64,000 nt of DNA from an uncultured Gemmatimonadales bacterium (GCA_963851265.1 CAWKNZ010000003.1:64001-128000); one strand, 5' to 3'; positions 48,523-58,170 are shown, numbered from the stretch's first letter. Numbers and translations: made by a program. Notes: generated from the letters alone by a model not told the origin.

Positions 48523-48837
48523 TCAGACGTCGCCGGTCGAGAGTAGCCGTTTGGCCACCGTATCGACGACGTGGGTGGAGTTGTAGGCGCCTTCGAGCAC
48601 CTTCTTTCGCAGGTCTGCCACGCGTTCCGGCGTGAGCGAACCCGTCGCTTTGGTGGACGCCTGGTTGCCCGAAAGGGCACGCCCCGCGTCTGAGATCGCG
48701 ACGGAGTCCTGACGCGGCGCGGTCGCCGCCGCCGGCTTCGCCGACGCCGCAGCGTCGCCCTTCTTGTCCGCAGGCGCGGAGGTGGTCGGGGCGACGCGCT
48801 GCGACGCGTACGGGTTCGAGATCGAGCGGATGGTCAT
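48523..48837 (-). CDS. flgM: anti-sigma28 factor FlgM
   Basis: DSVAISDAGR...ERVADLRKKVLEGAY...VAKRLL; AGGAGG RBS; sigma28 promoter upstream. Confidence 0.9.
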   Translation of the reverse strand: MTIRSISNPYASQRVAPTTSAPADKKGDAAASAKPAAATAPRQDSVAISDAGRALSGNQASTKATGSLTPERVADLRKKVLEGAYNSTHVVDTVAKRLLSTGDV

Positions 48838-48859
48838 GGTATTCCTCCTGTACAGGCCA

Positions 48860-48886
48860 ATATCGGCGCGCGCCCGCCGAAGTTGA
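48860..48886 (-). promoter_or_regulatory. sigma28 (FliA) promoter of flgM
   Basis: Minus strand TCAA-N15-GCCGATAT. Confidence 0.8.
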
Positions 48887-48889
48887 GCG

Positions 48890-49435
48890 TCAGAAACGCA
48901 GGTCGAGCCGCGCGACCGGCGCTTCCGAGGGCTGCGGACCGCCCGCGCTGAGCGCGGGGATCGGGCTGCGCGGCCCCGGATCGCGCCCCGCCGCAAACCG
49001 GGTCGCGTCGCCGAGGGCACGGAGGCGGCGCCCCAGCGCGTCGTCCACGGCGTCCTGGTGCCGCAGCTCGTGCAGCGCGTCGGTCAGCGCGTCGGAGAAT
49101 GCCGGCGTGCCGAGCGTGTCGACCGCGGACGCGGCGCGCAACTCCGCGAAGTGTTCGGCGGTAGCGCCACGTTCGGAGTTGAGCTCGGCGCGCCGCACGT
49201 CGTCCCCCGCGACCGCCGCGGCCGCCTCTTCGGCCACCACGGCGGCATACTGCGCGTAGACGGTGAGCCGCGCCTCGAGGCGCGCGGCGCGCGCCGCGAC
49301 GGGGTCCGGAACGCTCGGCGCGGTGCACGTGCCGACGTGCCACCCGGGCCCAGTCTCCGCGACCACCGGGTCGGCGATCAGTGCGCGAACACCCACGCCG
49401 ATCGTTGCGGCGACGTCCTGATCAAGAGCAGGCAT
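48890..49435 (-). CDS. hypothetical helical protein in flagellar cluster
   Basis: Co-oriented ORF with helical composition ending in RLDLRF; start uncertain. Confidence 0.55.
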   Translation of the reverse strand: MPALDQDVAATIGVGVRALIADPVVAETGPGWHVGTCTAPSVPDPVAARAARLEARLTVYAQYAAVVAEEAAAAVAGDDVRRAELNSERGATAEHFAELRAASAVDTLGTPAFSDALTDALHELRHQDAVDDALGRRLRALGDATRFAAGRDPGPRSPIPALSAGGPQPSEAPVARLDLRF

Positions 49436-49510
49436 GGGCCGGCCGAGGCGAGGTCATGCCCGAGGACGCTCGGCGGGAACGCGCGTCACACCACGTCGCA
49501 CCCGCGGCGC

Positions 49511-49876
49511 TCAGCGAACGAGCGTGAGGCTTCGGTGACGCGAGGACGACGTGAAATCGTCGTCGGCGACGCGTTCGTGTAGCAGCTGCGCATGGCGGAG
49601 CGCCGCGTCTACCGGGCAGAGCGCGGCGGAGATCTGGGCGTCGGTCGCGCCGTCGTGAAGCGCGACCTGCCGCGCGACGGCCAGCGCTGCGAGTCGGGTG
49701 CCGAGTGCCGCCGTCACCCGCGTCCGCTCCGCGACCGCGACGGCGAAGTCCTCGTCCGCACCCCGCCCGGCGGCGTCGAGCGCCTCCGAGAGCAGGTCGC
49801 CAAAGCGCTCCAGCAACCGGACGATCGCGGCGGCATCGCGCGCCAGCGCCGGGAGCGTGGCGCGCTCCGTGATCAC
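49511..49876 (-). CDS. hypothetical protein, possibly FliT-like chaperone
   Basis: GTGA-coupled to fliS; 121 aa, helical; position matches fliT but no motif was confirmed. Confidence 0.55.
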   Translation of the reverse strand: MITERATLPALARDAAAIVRLLERFGDLLSEALDAAGRGADEDFAVAVAERTRVTAALGTRLAALAVARQVALHDGATDAQISAALCPVDAALRHAQLLHERVADDDFTSSSRHRSLTLVR

Positions 49877-50367
49877 GCCGTACCGACGCGCGTAGCCGCC
49901 TGCGCGGCGCTGACCTGGGCGTTCGCGCCCGCGAACGCGTCGCGCAGTTCGCTGACGACGTGGAGGACGGACGCGAGCTTGGCGGGGTCCTGCGCGCTAT
50001 TGGCGGCAAACAGTTCGCGGATGCTGTACGCGTACAGGGCATCGAGCTGCCGACTGATGTCGCCGCCCGCCTCGAAATCGAGCGACGAACGCAGCTCACC
50101 GACGATGTCGGCCGCCGCGCAGATGTGCGTGGTACGCGCGGGGATGTCGCCCGCGGCGAGCGCGGCCTGGGCGCGCCGGACGGTCAGCACGCACTTGTCG
50201 AACAGCATGACGACGAGTTGCCCGGGCGTGGCGCCCGCGAGTTCCGCGTCGCGGTACCGTGCGACCTGCGCGGCCTGGGGCCGGACGGGGGCGAGGGCCG
50301 CCGCGGGCGGGCGGGGGGCGAGGCGCTGGGCCGTGGACGGGGCGTAGGCGTACGCGGGGTAGCTCAT
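49873..50367 (-). CDS. fliS: flagellin export chaperone FliS
   Basis: ATPGQLVVMLFD, ELRSSLDFEAGGDISRQLDALYAY, ELRDAF. Confidence 0.93.
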   Translation of the reverse strand: MSYPAYAYAPSTAQRLAPRPPAAALAPVRPQAAQVARYRDAELAGATPGQLVVMLFDKCVLTVRRAQAALAAGDIPARTTHICAAADIVGELRSSLDFEAGGDISRQLDALYAYSIRELFAANSAQDPAKLASVLHVVSELRDAFAGANAQVSAAQAATRVGTA

Positions 50368-50441
50368 CGAAAGCGGTCGGGCAGTGCGGACGTGAGGGCG
50401 GCGGGAGTCGCGGTCGTGACGCGGGTCGCGTCTACCCTGTG

Positions 50442-50469
50442 GTATCGGCAGCCCGTGCGTTCGACTACA
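50442..50469 (-). promoter_or_regulatory. possible sigma28 promoter upstream of fliS
   Basis: Minus strand TGTAGTCG-N12-GCCGATAC; good -10, weak -35. Confidence 0.45.
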
Positions 50470-50483
50470 ACGGGCGCCGCGCG

Positions 50484-51116
50484 TCAGCCGAATCGGTTGA
50501 GCAGCGTCGGCGCCGGGCGTAAGACGCCGGCCTGCCCGCGAGGGCCGTACCCGCGCTGGTCATGCGCCCGGGGCTCGCCAGGTTCTGGCGTGACCGCGCC
50601 GCGATCGGAACCGCGCGACGTGCCGGTCGCGGCCGGATCGGTCGCAGTGGACGTGGTGGGTGTGGCACCGGCTGCCGAATCACCTCCCGCCCCGGTGGTC
50701 AGCCCAGCGCCGCTCCCCGGCGTGAGCCCGACCTCGGATAGTTGGCGCTTGGACGCGACGCGCCAGGCGTCGAGCTGGGCGGTGAGGTTCTGGATGGCCG
50801 ACTGGGCACGGTTGGCATCGCCCGACAGCGTTTCGAGGCGGAGCTGTACGTCGGCCTGTTGGTCGGGCGATCCCTCCTGTCGCACGCGATCGAGATGGGG
50901 CTGGAGCGCCTGCGCTCCGGCGTCCAGCTCGTCCAATCCACGTGCGGCTACGGTCGCCGCCGTCATGGCGCCGTCCGCGTCACCTCCGACAACAGACTTG
51001 GTCTGGTCGTCGACGGTGCGCGCGTAACGTCGGTACGCCGCGCGCTGCGCCTCGAGCGCGTCGATCGCAGCGCGCTGTGCGAGGGGGTCCAGAGCGGGGC
51101 GAACCGGCGGGAGCAT
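50484..51116 (-). CDS. hypothetical helical protein, possibly FlgN-like chaperone
   Basis: Follows fliD by 21 nt; coiled-coil-like N-terminal ~130 aa with a low-complexity tail. Confidence 0.6.
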   Translation of the reverse strand: MLPPVRPALDPLAQRAAIDALEAQRAAYRRYARTVDDQTKSVVGGDADGAMTAATVAARGLDELDAGAQALQPHLDRVRQEGSPDQQADVQLRLETLSGDANRAQSAIQNLTAQLDAWRVASKRQLSEVGLTPGSGAGLTTGAGGDSAAGATPTTSTATDPAATGTSRGSDRGAVTPEPGEPRAHDQRGYGPRGQAGVLRPAPTLLNRFG

Positions 51117-51137
51117 GGGATGGCGGTGCGGACGCGG

Positions 51138-52619
51138 TTACGAGGTCCGGGACTGCGTGAGGGCGGTGAACTGCGTCGAGAGCGCGGTGCCGGTCGCCTG
51201 CAACTGGCTCAGGGCCGTCTCGAACTTCGCGTACTGCGCGAGGAGCGCCGCCTGCTGCTTGGCCACGCGGCTGTCCAGGGTGTCGATGCGGCTCTGAAGC
51301 TTCGCGCTCTGCCCGTCGATGCTGGACTCGCGCTGGGCGATCGTTCCGATGGTCGGTAGTGCGGTCGAGGTGGCGTACGTCGACACGGCGGACATCCGGT
51401 CCGTGAACAGGGCCGACAGATCGCTGGGACTCGCCTGCAACGCCTTCTGGAACGCGGTCGCATCGAGCGTCATGGAGCCGTCAGCCTGAAGCGAGACGCC
51501 GGCCGTAGCCAGCGTCGGGAACGCCGGTGGTGCGGCGTTCGGCGCCGGAGCGGCGGCGTTCGCGAGCATCGCGGTCGTGAGCTGCGATTGCGCGTCGCGC
51601 AGGCTGGGATCGTTGTGGAGCGGCGGCCACGTCCCGTCCGCCTGTACCGTGTTCTGCGTCTTGATGAATTTCTGCACGGCGTTGTAGCTGTCGACGAACG
51701 CCTGCACGTTCGCCTGGGCCTTGTCGGGTTGCCGGGTGAGCGTCACGGTGCTGGATCCGACTGCCCCGAGGACCAGGCTGACGCCCCCGATCGCGTCCGA
51801 CACGGTGTTGGACGGGCGTGTGATCGCCACGCCGTCGACCGTGAGCTTGGCATCCTGGGCGGCGACCGTCGGGGCCCCGAGTCCGAGCGTGGTCATGAGC
51901 GACGGCGACGTGCCCGAGGCGTCGGCGAGTGTGAACCCGCCGGCCTGGCCCGACGCGCTCGCCGTCAGCACGAGATGGGCGCCGCTGCCGTCGGGGTTCG
52001 CACTCACGATCGACGCCTGCACGCCCGTCTGGCTCTGGACGAGGTTCAGACTGTCGCGGATCGACGCGAGAGTGTCCGTGCTCGCCACGTTGACCGTGAT
52101 CGCCTTCCCCGCGCCCGTCGTGAGCGTCAGCCCTCCGGTGACACCGAGCGCGCTCGTGCTGCTTGCGAGCGCCACCGACCCCACGGTTTTCTGTGCCTGG
52201 GCGAGTTGCTGGACGCTCACGCCGTACGTCCCGGCGCTCGCGGCACTCGTCGAGGTCGCGGCGACGACGGCCCGGCCGCTCGCGTCGGTGCCGTTGGCGG
52301 TCACGGCGTACGTGTTGAAGCCGGCCCCGTACGTCAGTGCGTTAGCCGCGGCGCCGAGGGCCGTCAGGTCCTGCGCCAGCGTGTCGAGCGCAGACTTGCG
52401 GGCGCCGTTCGCGCTGATCTGCGCCGTCCACGCCACCTCGGGCTGCTTCATCTGCGCGACGAGGCTGTTCACGAGCGCGGTCGTGTCGATGCCGCTCGCG
52501 AGGCCGGTGACCGAGCTCGCCGCGCCGCCGACGCCGGTCGAGGTCGCGGAGGACGTCACGAGGGACGACGGAATCGTTGACGCGGAGGTCGTCGACGAGG
52601 AGCCGCTGACGGAAGCCAT
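51138..52619 (-). CDS. fliD: flagellar filament cap FliD
   Basis: GLASGIDTTALV, VQQLAQAQ, AQDAKLTVDG...SNTVSDAIGGV, FVDSYN, QYAKFETALSQL. Confidence 0.95.
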   Translation of the reverse strand: MASVSGSSSTTSASTIPSSLVTSSATSTGVGGAASSVTGLASGIDTTALVNSLVAQMKQPEVAWTAQISANGARKSALDTLAQDLTALGAAANALTYGAGFNTYAVTANGTDASGRAVVAATSTSAASAGTYGVSVQQLAQAQKTVGSVALASSTSALGVTGGLTLTTGAGKAITVNVASTDTLASIRDSLNLVQSQTGVQASIVSANPDGSGAHLVLTASASGQAGGFTLADASGTSPSLMTTLGLGAPTVAAQDAKLTVDGVAITRPSNTVSDAIGGVSLVLGAVGSSTVTLTRQPDKAQANVQAFVDSYNAVQKFIKTQNTVQADGTWPPLHNDPSLRDAQSQLTTAMLANAAAPAPNAAPPAFPTLATAGVSLQADGSMTLDATAFQKALQASPSDLSALFTDRMSAVSTYATSTALPTIGTIAQRESSIDGQSAKLQSRIDTLDSRVAKQQAALLAQYAKFETALSQLQATGTALSTQFTALTQSRTS

Positions 52620-52746
52620 GCGAAGTGCGGGGACGCCAGGAAGGAGGGTGGCGACAGCGGTCGCCCGGACAACGCCCGATAAACGGTCGCCGCGGGTGGC
52701 GGGTCACGGGGCCGGCGCGATAGCGCCAGCTTCGTGACCCGCCGCC

Positions 52747-52781
52747 CGCGGTTCCCCCAAGTGAGGAACGGGGGAACCGCG
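52747..52781 (-). terminator. strong hairpin immediately downstream of fliC (terminator/stabiliser)
   Basis: CGCGGTTCCCCC-11 nt-GGGGGAACCGCG, perfect 12-bp stem 7 nt past the stop; no U-tract; a second imperfect hairpin lies at 52701-52740. Confidence 0.6.
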
Positions 52782-52788
52782 TGTTGAC

Positions 52789-53988
52789 TTACTGCAGGAG
52801 CTTCAGGACGCTCTGCGTGCTCTGATTCGCCTGCGACAGCATCGACTGCGCGGCCTGCTGCAGGATGTTGCTCTTCGTGAAGCTCGTCATTTCCGCCGCC
52901 ATGTCGGTGTCGCGGATGGTCGACTCCGCCGCATTCGTGTTCTGGAGCGCGGTCGCGACGTTGGTCGAGGCGAAGCCGAGGCGGCTTTCCGAGGCGCCGA
53001 GACTGCCGAGCGAGGTGTTGATGCTGCTCGTCGCCGCGTCGATGGCGGTCAGGGCCGAGGCCGCACCCGCCGCAGTCGTGAGGTCGACCGAGGAGAGGCC
53101 GAGCCCCGCCGAGCTGACGTTGATCGAACCGACCTGGATCTGGTCGTTTCCGCCGAACGCATAGCTGCCGCTCGAGCTGACCTGGAAGGCGCCCGTCTTC
53201 TGGACCGCGAACGCCGCTCCGCCGGTCGCGGCGAGGGTGGCCGCGTCGGTGCCGGTGCCCGCGGCGAGATCGAAGTTCGACGGGATCGCGAAGCCGAAGC
53301 TGCCCTTACCGCCCGACGTGGTCACCGTCGTTCCGAGGCTCGCCGAGGTGAGCGCGGCCGTGGTGGACGCGGCGTTCGCGATCGCCGTGCCTGTGCTGTC
53401 CTGGGGCGTGAAGGTCAGCTTCTTGCTCGTGGCGTCATAGCTGACCGCGACGGTCGCCGTGTTGGCCGGCAGCCCAGAACCCGCGATGGGGACCGTGATG
53501 GTGTTCGCGAGCCCACCCGCGCCCTTGAAGACGGCGTTGGTGCCCGTCGCGCTCTGGTCCACGCCGGCGCCGAAGGACCCGTCGAGCAGGTTCGTGCCCT
53601 GATAGTTCGTCGTCGACGCGATACGATCGACTTCGCCCTTCAGCTGCGTGAACTCCTTCTGGAGCTGGACCGACTGATTCCCGATGTTGGAGGAGTTCGC
53701 CTGCGTGGCGAGCTCCTTCATGCGGTCCAGGATCGACGAGACGGTCTGCGTCGCGCCGTCCATCACCTGCAGCATCGAGGTCGCCTGGGCGACGTTCTTC
53801 TGCGCCTGGCCGAGGCCCTTCGTGTCGGAGCGGAGCTTGTTCGCGATGGCGAGGCCTGCCGCGTCATCACCCGCGTTGTTGATCCGGAAGCCCGACGACA
53901 GGCGCTGGATCGACTGCTGCGTGTTCTTCTCGTTCACGCTCATGTAGTTGAGCGCGAAGCTGGCCGAGGCGTTGGTCTGGATCTTCAT
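52789..53988 (-). CDS. fliC: flagellin
   Basis: RLSSGFRINNAGDDAAGLAI...; STIRDTDMAAEM...ILQQAAQSMLSQAN...VLKLLQ. Confidence 0.98.
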   Translation of the reverse strand: MKIQTNASASFALNYMSVNEKNTQQSIQRLSSGFRINNAGDDAAGLAIANKLRSDTKGLGQAQKNVAQATSMLQVMDGATQTVSSILDRMKELATQANSSNIGNQSVQLQKEFTQLKGEVDRIASTTNYQGTNLLDGSFGAGVDQSATGTNAVFKGAGGLANTITVPIAGSGLPANTATVAVSYDATSKKLTFTPQDSTGTAIANAASTTAALTSASLGTTVTTSGGKGSFGFAIPSNFDLAAGTGTDAATLAATGGAAFAVQKTGAFQVSSSGSYAFGGNDQIQVGSINVSSAGLGLSSVDLTTAAGAASALTAIDAATSSINTSLGSLGASESRLGFASTNVATALQNTNAAESTIRDTDMAAEMTSFTKSNILQQAAQSMLSQANQSTQSVLKLLQ

Positions 53989-54067
53989 GGTGTGTCAGTC
54001 CCTGACGTGGTGGACGGAGCGTCCGTGCTCCGGTTGTGCGTGGGCCGGTGTGGCCTCGCAGGAACAG

Positions 54068-54094
54068 GTGTCGGCGGCGGGCGCGAAAACTTGA
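54068..54094 (-). promoter_or_regulatory. sigma28 (FliA) promoter of fliC
   Basis: Minus strand TCAAGTTT-N11-GCCGACAC, 80 nt upstream of the fliC ATG. Confidence 0.8.
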
Positions 54095-54123
54095 GCGCGG
54101 CGCTCGGGCGCCGCCGTGGTGCG

Positions 54124-54585
54124 TCAGGCGACCGCGAGTGGGACGCGCACGCGGCCCTGGCCGTCGTCGATCACGACCTGTCGCGCGGTGTGCGACGGCG
54201 CGTGGAAGACCACCGGGGCCTGCAGGTTGGCCGTGGCGGTCCCGCGCGTTTCGCCGAGGGTGACAACGACCAACGCGGCGAAGTCGTCGCCGGACGCGGC
54301 GGGGCCGGCGAGGGCCTCGAGGTCGTGGGCGGACACGTCGATCTCGTGCTGCGGGAAGAAGTGGCCGGGGTCGGCGAGGAGGAACACCAGGTCGGCCGCT
54401 TCCGTCGACTGCAGCCAGTAGAGCGCGGGGCGGCCGGCGGGGACGAGCACGAAGCCGCGGCACGCGTCGAAGCCGTACAGGCCGGCGGGGAACGCGTAGC
54501 GGGCGCCGGGCGCGGCCGCGATGGGCCCGAGCAGGTCGGACATGACGGTCTCGGCGGGCGCGGGGGCGATCATCGTCGTTGGCAT
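54124..54585 (-). CDS. fliW: flagellar assembly factor FliW
   Basis: FPAGLYGF, YWLQS, FLLADPGHFFP, TANLQAPVV, ARQVV. Confidence 0.9.
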   Translation of the reverse strand: MPTTMIAPAPAETVMSDLLGPIAAAPGARYAFPAGLYGFDACRGFVLVPAGRPALYWLQSTEAADLVFLLADPGHFFPQHEIDVSAHDLEALAGPAASGDDFAALVVVTLGETRGTATANLQAPVVFHAPSHTARQVVIDDGQGRVRVPLAVA

Positions 54586-54587
54586 GG

Positions 54588-55541
54588 TCAGCGGAGGTAT
54601 TCCGTTAGGCTCAGCCCCATCACCTTCGACGAGGCCATCATGGCAGTCTGGTACGCGGTCTGGCGTGCGACCATCTCGGTGTAGGCCTGCGCGGTGTCGA
54701 CCTGGCTCAGGTCGGACTTCTGCTGCGTGAACGTCGTTTGCAGCGCGGCGAGGCTGGTCTTCACGGCGTCGACCCGGTTCTGGCGCGCGCCGAGGTCGCC
54801 GACGCGGACCTGGACCGAGTCGACCGCGGCATCGACCGACGTGAGGGCGTTGCCGATCGTGGACGGGTCGGCGCTGGAGAGCGATTGCTGCAGCTGCTGG
54901 AGCGCGGCGAGTACGCCCTTGCTGCTGTCGGGCGCTCCGTTGGTCGTACCCAGGAAGACCGACGTGCCGTCGTGCGGTCCGGGGAGGGTCTGGCCGCCGG
55001 CGCCGACGTCGACCGAACGTTCACCCGTCGGGTAGCGCGGAACGGGCGGTGCGCCGACCGTCGCCGCCGGATCGGTGGGGACGAAGTTCGGTTGCGTGGC
55101 GTCGAACGGCTCGCGCCCGTCGTTGCTGGTGCCGCCGAAGAGATAGGTGTTGCCGACCTTCGTGTTGCCGAGGTTCACGGCCTGCGCGAAGAGTTGCTGC
55201 ACCTCCGCGGCGGCGGCGGCGCGCGAGCTCGCGCTCGCCGTCGAGGAGTTCCCGGCGGTGCCGAGTTCCTTCGCCCGGTTCAGGATGTCGGTGATCTGCT
55301 GGAGCGCGCCGTCTTCTGCGTTGAGGAGCGTGCTCGTGCCCGTCGCGTTGCGCGTGTACTGGTCGATGCCGCGCAGCGAGGCCTGGGCTCGCACGACCTG
55401 ACTCGCCGCGGTCGGGTCGTCGCTCATCTTGGTCAGCTTGAGGCCGGACGAGACCTGGTCCTGGGCGTCGGACAGCTTGGAGGACGCGTCCATCAAGCGG
55501 GCGATGATGGCCTGCGTCTGGCCGGCGGTAGTTACGCGCAT
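54588..55541 (-). CDS. flgL: flagellar hook-associated protein FlgL
   Basis: MRVTT...QVSSGLKLTKMSDDP, YLFGG, LGARQNR, LSLTEYLR. Confidence 0.95.
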   Translation of the reverse strand: MRVTTAGQTQAIIARLMDASSKLSDAQDQVSSGLKLTKMSDDPTAASQVVRAQASLRGIDQYTRNATGTSTLLNAEDGALQQITDILNRAKELGTAGNSSTASASSRAAAAAEVQQLFAQAVNLGNTKVGNTYLFGGTSNDGREPFDATQPNFVPTDPAATVGAPPVPRYPTGERSVDVGAGGQTLPGPHDGTSVFLGTTNGAPDSSKGVLAALQQLQQSLSSADPSTIGNALTSVDAAVDSVQVRVGDLGARQNRVDAVKTSLAALQTTFTQQKSDLSQVDTAQAYTEMVARQTAYQTAMMASSKVMGLSLTEYLR

Positions 55542-55685
55542 GCGACGGTGGCGGTGCGGGACGAACAGGAGCGCCCCAGCGGGCGGGACGGGCCGCGAAG
55601 CGACCCGCGGAGGACGCCCGAACGGTTTCCGCGGTCACGACAGCGGCACGGTGCGCCGAGGCTGGGCCGGCAATACCTTCCGCCC

Positions 55686-57134
55686 ATGGCCACCATCCTC
55701 TGGGTCGACGACGACGCTGCCGTCGGCCTGATTCTCGACGACACGCTGCGCCGCGCGGGGCACGAACCGGTGGGCGCGCGGCACGTCGCCGAGGCGCTGC
55801 ACGTGCTCGAGCGGTCGGCGATCGACCTCGTGATCTCGGACTACCGGATGCCGGGAATCACGGGCCTCGAGTTCCTGACGATGTTGCAGCGCGAGGGGCA
55901 CGACGTGCCGGTGATCATGCTGACCGGGCACGCGTCGATCGAGCACGCGGTGACGGCGATCAAGGCCGGCGCGGTGGACTACATCACCAAGCCCGTGCGC
56001 CCGCAGCAGCTCGAGCTGGCGGTGGACCAGGCGCTCGAGTACGTACGGCTCAAGCGCGAGAACGAGGCGTTACGGCGCGAGGTGAGCGCGATCCGGAGCG
56101 AGCGGCAGATCGTCGGCGAGTCGCCGGCGATGCGCCGGCTGCTGCAGACGGTGAAGACGGCCGCGCCGACGCGCGCCACGGTGCTGCTCCAAGGGGAGAG
56201 CGGAACGGGCAAGGAGCTGTTCGCGCGCGCGGTGCACGACCAGAGCGAGCGGCGCGACCGGCCCTTCATCCAGCTCAATTGCGCGGCGCTCCCGGAGGGG
56301 CTCATCGAGAGCGCGTTGTTCGGGCACGAGAAGGGCGCGTTCACGGGGGCGATCCGGCGGGTGGAGGGCGCGTTCGAGCGCGCGCACCGCGGGACGCTGC
56401 TGCTGGACGAGGTGAGCGAGATGCGGCTCGACCTGCAGGCGAAGCTGCTGCGCGTGCTGCAGGAGCAGGAGTTCGAGCGGGTGGGCGGGACGCAGCCGGT
56501 GAAGGTGGACGTACGGATCATCGCGACGACGAACCGCGACCTCGCGTCGGAGGCGGCGGCGGGCACGTTCCGGCAGGACCTCTACTACCGGCTGAGCGTC
56601 ATCCCGCTGTCGATTCCGCCGTTGCGGGAGCGGCCCGAGGACGTGCCGCTGCTGGCGACGCGATTCGCCGTGCGGACGGCGGACGAGATGGGGAAGCGGT
56701 TCGACGGGATCGCGCCGGAGACCATGCTGGCACTGCAGCGCTACACGTGGCCGGGGAACGTGCGCGAGCTGCAGCACGTGATCGAGCGGGCGGTCATCCT
56801 GTCGCCGGAGGCGACGCTGCTGCCGCACGCGCTGGAGCCGGCGCGGTTTGGGCTGACGGGTGCGGGGATCGGTTCGGGCGGGCCGGGGGCTCGCGGCGCG
56901 GCGCTGGCCGCACTCGCGGCGTCGAACGGCGCGGCGGGGGAGGGCGGCGGCGCCGCGGACGACCCGATGCGGGTGGTGCTCCATTCGCTCGACGTGACGC
57001 GCGCCGAGGCGGTGTTGATCGAGCGCGCGCTGGAGGTCGCCAAAGGCAACCGGACGCGCGCGTCGGAGCTGCTCGGGATTTCGGTGCGGACGCTGCGGAA
57101 CAAGCTGAACGGACCGGGGCGCGAGGTGGCCTAA
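55686..57134 (+). CDS. sigma54-dependent response regulator (NtrC family)
   Basis: Receiver domain, GESGTGKE, GAFTGA, LDEV, QAKLLRVLQE, WPGNVREL, Fis-type HTH. Confidence 0.96.
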   Translation: MATILWVDDDAAVGLILDDTLRRAGHEPVGARHVAEALHVLERSAIDLVISDYRMPGITGLEFLTMLQREGHDVPVIMLTGHASIEHAVTAIKAGAVDYITKPVRPQQLELAVDQALEYVRLKRENEALRREVSAIRSERQIVGESPAMRRLLQTVKTAAPTRATVLLQGESGTGKELFARAVHDQSERRDRPFIQLNCAALPEGLIESALFGHEKGAFTGAIRRVEGAFERAHRGTLLLDEVSEMRLDLQAKLLRVLQEQEFERVGGTQPVKVDVRIIATTNRDLASEAAAGTFRQDLYYRLSVIPLSIPPLRERPEDVPLLATRFAVRTADEMGKRFDGIAPETMLALQRYTWPGNVRELQHVIERAVILSPEATLLPHALEPARFGLTGAGIGSGGPGARGAALAALAASNGAAGEGGGAADDPMRVVLHSLDVTRAEAVLIERALEVAKGNRTRASELLGISVRTLRNKLNGPGREVA

Positions 57135-57165
57135 CGCACGGGTCGCGCAGGCGCGGGCGGCCCTG

Positions 57166-58170
57166 TCAGGCGACCTCGTCGCCGGCGAGCGCGGTAAGGA
57201 GCATGTGCGGCGCCGTGAGCGCGGCGAGGCCGGCGAAGAGCACGCGTACCGCCGCGGGGGTGGCCGTGGCTGGTGCGGCGTGCGCGCCGCCGGCGAGGGC
57301 GAGCCAGGCGACCGCGCCTAGCACGAGCGTCGCGAGCGTGGCCGGAAGTGCGGCGCGGGCGAACCAACCCCACGCGCGGCGCGGGTGCGCGGGGTCGAGC
57401 GATGCGGCCAGGGCGAGCGCGTGGCGGGCGGAGTGGAGGAGGCAGAAGTAGACGAGGAACCCGACGAACGGCGGGAGTGTCGCGGCGACGGCGGGTACGG
57501 CGAGGCACTCGAGCGCGTCGGCGACGTGTGCGCGGCGGTTCGGGCGGCGGCGTGCGGCCGCGGCGTGGGCGAGCGCGAAGACGACACAGCCGGGCGCGAC
57601 GACGCACCAGGCGAGACGACCCGATGCGGCAGTGATGAGGTCCAGCGCGGCCACCGACGCGCCCGGTGCGACCCACGCGAAGGCCTGGCGGACAGCGACG
57701 GGGTGTGCGGCCGCGGGGACCAGGATCGGCGCCGCGCCACGCACCATCACCTCGGCCCACGCGAGGCCGCGGGGTGCGCGAGCGGCGGCGACGTCGCCGA
57801 GGCCGAAGTGGAGCGCGGACGCCGCAAGGAACGCGGCGAGCGTGATGGCGGGCGCCGACCACCAGCCGACAACGATCACCGCGCCGAGGAGGACGTAACC
57901 GGCGTGGAAGGGCGCCCACCAGTGCCGACCGAGGCGCCGGGCGAGCCAGCGCCGGCCGACGAGGGGATCGAGGGCGCCGTGCGGAACGCCGAAGACCGCG
58001 ACCGCCGCGACGAGGACGGCGACCTGCACCGCGAGCGCCGGCTGCACCGAGGCGGGGCGGAGGGTCGCCACGACAACGATCGACCAGCAGAGCGCGCCCG
58101 CGGCGACGGTGTGTCGCGCGCGCCACCTCGGGAGCCAGACCGACACGTCGGAGACGCGGGCCGCGGTCAC
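57166..58170 (-). CDS. blh: Brp/Blh beta-carotene 15,15'-dioxygenase
   Basis: His motifs GVPHGALD, SALHFG, FCLLHSARH, LTAPH; multi-TM; GTGA overlap with the crtY stop. Confidence 0.93.
   Translation of the reverse strand: MTAARVSDVSVWLPRWRARHTVAAGALCWSIVVVATLRPASVQPALAVQVAVLVAAVAVFGVPHGALDPLVGRRWLARRLGRHWWAPFHAGYVLLGAVIVVGWWSAPAITLAAFLAASALHFGLGDVAAARAPRGLAWAEVMVRGAAPILVPAAAHPVAVRQAFAWVAPGASVAALDLITAASGRLAWCVVAPGCVVFALAHAAAARRRPNRRAHVADALECLAVPAVAATLPPFVGFLVYFCLLHSARHALALAASLDPAHPRRAWGWFARAALPATLATLVLGAVAWLALAGGAHAAPATATPAAVRVLFAGLAALTAPHMLLTALAGDEVA

Noticed and set aside
52674..52683. GCCCGATAAA resembling a sigma28 -10 near fliD
   Set aside because: On the wrong strand for fliD and without a matching -35.
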